A stretch of 64,000 nt of DNA from Atractiella rhizophila (taxonomy: Eukaryota), in NCBI GenBank assembly GCA_021432655.1, contig MU271180.1, forward strand, positions 161,183 through 225,182. Reading direction: 5' to 3'. The notes beneath the pieces were generated by a model that was not told where the DNA came from, did no database searches, and worked only from the letters and a program-made list of their open reading frames with translations. Of the stretch, positions 60,353-64,000 are shown piece by piece; the stretch's first letter is position 1; every line of letters starts with the position of its first letter. The translations under genes were made by a program, and so were the position numbers.

Positions 60353-62019
60353 ACCGCCTTGAGCGCTTATTTCTACAACCGTATCCTTTGTAGCGCTACC
60401 TATTCCAGCACTAGCAAATTGTACCGATTAAGACTGTTGTTTAGTTCCGTTCGGGGTTTTGCTTTTCTCTCGTGCGTGCGCAGTTCTGTGGAAACTTGCG
60501 CAGCTCGTGTAGCAGTTCTGCAAGTCGACTTCTTTCTCCCCTCCGGCCGGCATCTTAACATCTACTCCTGCCCTTAATCCAGTCAGAGGTACTGGAGGCT
60601 TTGTAGCGGGTGGTAAGGTCTCACGTAAAAACCTGTCCTAAAAAGACCAACTTTCTAATCCGACTCTTTCTTACTCTGCTCCTCACACAGCTTCGGTAAG
60701 GTTTAGGCAGCGTAGACGACCGCTAGGTAGCTCTAAAGCACCGCCAACCAGGAAGGTTTCGAGGGAGGTTTGTAACTTGACGAAATGCACGAGGAGGTTG
60801 GAAAAGTTGTGCAGGAGGCAGTCGGTATGTACGAATTACTGTGGTATGGGTGGAGGAAGGTCGAGCGTGTAGGTTTGGACGCAAGGAGACGGCCATTACC
60901 TTATACTTGCTTTATCTTAAAGGACCTGGGTCAACCCGAACTTGAGCCTTGGGAACGGCTGTTGTAGGGTAGGGAAGTTGTAGGCAAATCCAGGTCAAAT
61001 TTAAACACTAATCCCAAACCCTGCTTAACGCTTCCTTCCTCGTATCACCTGGTACCGCACCAAACATCTACGCCTACTACCGAGCGACTTCCGTTGCTCT
61101 ACAACCCCCTCGACCGCGCCCTTGAACTCTCCCTTCACAAAAACCTCCGCCCAAGGACTCAAGCTCTGGCTGACGGATGGAGGGTCCACTTCACGGTGCG
61201 ACCTAGCACTAGTTTCTACAACTCTTTAGGCTAAACAAGGAGCGAGCGAAAGCGTTTGGAACGCTACTAGACACGCTGAAGAAACTTCACCAGAAGCTCC
61301 GCAAAACCAAAAGGGACTTTCACGGGTGGTGCGTATGATAATTGGGTTCTCATTACAAATAGAGGTCGACATAGTTAGTTGTCTCAGGTCTGTTTTGTCG
61401 CTCCAGAGCGGGGCTCTCACATCCGTCGCAAAGCACGATTAACCCACAAGAGCACGCTTGGTCGTAAGAGTTCTACAGAGACTTAAGATTACGGTCGCTA
61501 TACAAGCTCATGCGGAAGTGTCCTCCCAGCTAGAGTACCACCTGGTTCTAAGGCAGGTCGAGACTTCTTAGGAACCAGCTGTCTAAGAGACTGTTGACGT
61601 AAGCACATGGTGGAACCGTCATAGACCTGAAAAGGAACGCGTGCTGGATCTGGCACAGAAGTAAGTACCACGAGTTAGTTGACACTTAGTGAGTGCGCTA
61701 TGTCGAGTAGGTAGGTTCAAAATTAGCTCAAGAGTAGGAAGGTCAGGCGACGTAATATGCAACAATCGAGCTCACCGTCAAGCTGGAGTCCATACAATTA
61801 CAAACCGGCATCTAGGAGGTTGTGGTGTTGCCCACTAAGGTTCAGCTCAAAAAGTGGATCACCGTCCAACGCGACGTTGCCAAACTTCAAACCCCTGTGG
61901 CAAGAACTTCAACGGAGAACAACTATAAAAACGAAACACAAAACTTAGCTCAGCCCTCACCGTCCACCACCGCCCCTAGGAGAGAAGTAACGTCAGAAGA
62001 AACAGAAGGAGAAGCAGTA
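60350..62019. CDS. FunK1 kinase N-terminal and catalytic part, readable only in mirror orientation (62019 down to 60350); contains apparent frameshifts; start uncertain
   Basis: Mirror translation gives QLARNAAYTLGARPRCFVW, SITGRGTQVW, VIKHVW and LIHRDVSYANIFIRE, with a GTGAGT..TAG intron. Confidence 0.85.
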
Positions 62020-62760
62020 GATCTCCTCTCCGCTCAGTTACGTCCTCTGACCTACTAATTATAATGCTACACGCGACAGGGTCAGTAAACTGAGCTTTCT
62101 AGTTTACGGTACTATAGGACGGTACTTCGTAGTGGGAGAAGAGAGGAGACGTCCAACAGGAGGTCGTGTGAGATAAGGACGCCCTTGCTGAAAGTAGTAA
62201 GGCAAAAAAGACGACGGAGTCCCATGTCCGTTAAACGCTCTATTGAGGTGAAGCGCTGAGTAGAGGAAGGTTTCAGCTGTTGGCTTTTGGAAATAGGGGG
62301 AGGACTAGGGTTTGATGAGAGGTGTCGCGTTTGTGGTTGCGTTAGGAAATGGAGGCAGTACAACGAAAGACTCAGCGTAAGCGTAACTGCATCACCGTCG
62401 TCCAACTCGACATGTCCGCGCGTAAAAACTGCGAGAAGTGGAACCACTCCTCCAGGAAACGACTAGTAAGAGTAGTGTCTGACACGCTTCACTCACCTAT
62501 TATAAACCATTAAAATATTGGAACTAATTTGTTGGAAGTCGTCAAGGCTGAGACTCCATTGCTCAGTAATGTAAGTTCAACACGCACCACTCCCCTTGCC
62601 TTCTCCCTCTACTACAACCGAACAACACTACACCCTAAGAGTCCAAATCGTACTGCCTCATGACAAGTGTGAGCCCTGGTAGCTTTGCCTCCCTTTACAA
62701 ACACTTCTTGTTTGCTCTTACTTACTCTGTTTTTGAGTACTGTGCGTAAGGTTTGAGTAG

Positions 62761-63309
62761 AGTGAGCAGAAGTAGGAATTACTCCGGGTAGAGGTTGAGG
62801 CCAAGGTGGAGGGCTAGGGATTTGTATTGTAGTAGCTCGAGGTAGCGGTAGAGGCCGAAGTGCTTTACCCCTAATAGGTTGTGGTCGCCCGACGGGTTGA
62901 ACCGGACTGAAAGAAAGTTTACGCCGAAGCGAGAGGGGTTCGACTTAGGAGGGAAGGTGGGTGAAGGAAGGCGAAGGTGACCCAGGTTTAGGTTTGGATT
63001 TCTTCTCCACTGCCCGCTGCAGGAGAGACGGACGCGAACCCCTCCCCTGGTTAGGAGAGGTCGCGAGCCACCTCCTGAGCTTCCGCCCGGTGAATTTCTC
63101 CCACTGCCACGACCTCCCTCCTCCAGTAGTAAACTTTGCAGGCAGAGCTAGGGGTTGTCGGAAGCGTCGAGGGATAAGAGGAAAAGGTTGGACACGGAGA
63201 GCGAGAGAGCGAGGTTTCGCGACAGCATAAAGCAGTTATGCGGTCAGCTCGGCTACATGGGGTTGACTCGGACTAAGTCCAAAACATAGCTTGCCTGCAA
63301 ACATTTCCA
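62761..63309. CDS. C-terminal ~182 aa of the SIKE-like protein, readable only in mirror orientation (63309 down to 62761)
   Basis: Mirror translation TFTNVRSIQNLNQAQLGYIG..YDSALERESERHRLEKENRELRRLLGI...LIKDEDE* is uninterrupted and in frame with ...SPQRA at 60349. Confidence 0.85.
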
Positions 63310-63596
63310 NNNNNNNNNNNNNNNNNNNNNNNNNNNNNNNNNNNNNNNNNNNNNNNNNNNNNNNNNNNNNNNNNNNNNNNNNNNNNNNNNNNNNNNNNNN
63401 NNNNNNNNNNNNNNNNNNNNNNNNNNNNNNNNNNNNNNNNNNNNNNNNNNNNNNNNNNNNNNNNNNNNNNNNNNNNNNNNNNNNNNNNNNNNNNNNNNNN
63501 NNNNNNNNNNNNNNNNNNNNNNNNNNNNNNNNNNNNNNNNNNNNNNNNNNNNNNNNNNNNNNNNNNNNNNNNNNNNNNNNNNNNNNNNNNNNNNNN
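63310..63596. other. Assembly gap (N run)
   Basis: Run of N characters. Confidence 0.99.
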
Positions 63597-63598
63597 CG

Positions 63599-64000
63599 TA
63601 CGAGCAGTCGGTTATGGATGACATCGAGTCCGTAATCTACTGTGTTATCTACTTTTTCTGCAATTTCTATCCGGGCACTGAAGGACGGCTCGTGAGGCGA
63701 GATTGGAGCCGCAAGCCGGACACACCGACAGGAGAAGGGACTGGAAGGACCTTCAGTGGTTCCAAGGAACTGGAACAGAATGCCGAGGCGGATGAACGAT
63801 CCTCGTCACATCACAGCGTCAAATCCAGGAAGGAACGATCCTCAACCCTCCACGGCGTCAAATCTGCAAAGGATCGATACTCGACACTTCGGAGCACCAA
63901 ATCTGCAAAGGAAAAATCCTCAACAATTCAAAGCGTCAAATTCGTTCCACAGAACGGTGACTATCCGCTCCAACTGTGGTTGACTTTGGAAAGTGCCTTC
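63599..64000 (+). CDS. C-terminal lobe of the FunK1 kinase (partial, runs off the window)
   Basis: YEQSVMDDIESVIYCVIYFFC is a subdomain IX-like DDxES motif. The frame is open to the window end. Confidence 0.75.

Larger units (their letters stand above)
60350..63309. other. Mirror-reversed (reversed, not complemented) segment
   Basis: No convincing gene in six frames, but backwards reading of the + strand gives long ORFs, introns and kinase motifs continuous with both flanks. Confidence 0.93.

Noticed and set aside
60785..63230. Short ORFs listed in the six-frame track
   Set aside because: Spurious. The coding information here is in the mirror reading.

Overview
Intron-rich fungal (basidiomycete-like) genomic DNA. 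In order it holds a FunK1 kinase, an amino-acid permease, a DHA1 MFS transporter and COG7. Next is a ~15-kb diverged tandem duplication (COG7 5' end / PET127 / patatin-NB-TPR NLR / aspartic protease). In the first copy the NLR is truncated and its remainder replaced by a decayed Plavaka-type transposon carrying a nested hAT MITE. The second copy has a full patatin-NB-18xTPR NLR followed by an ATG-less F-box/LRR frame that may be spliced onto it. Then come an AAA+ ATPase, RNase T2, eIF5 (with a poor-context uORF) and a divergent SIKE-like gene. The most unusual signal is ~60350-63309, which is mirror-reversed (reversed but not complemented): read backwards on the same strand it completes the SIKE-like gene and encodes a second FunK1 kinase that resumes in normal orientation after the N gap. 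Four short near-identical tandem duplications with A-rich junctions look like assembly or haplotype artefacts. All translations and alignments were done by eye; no database searches were run.
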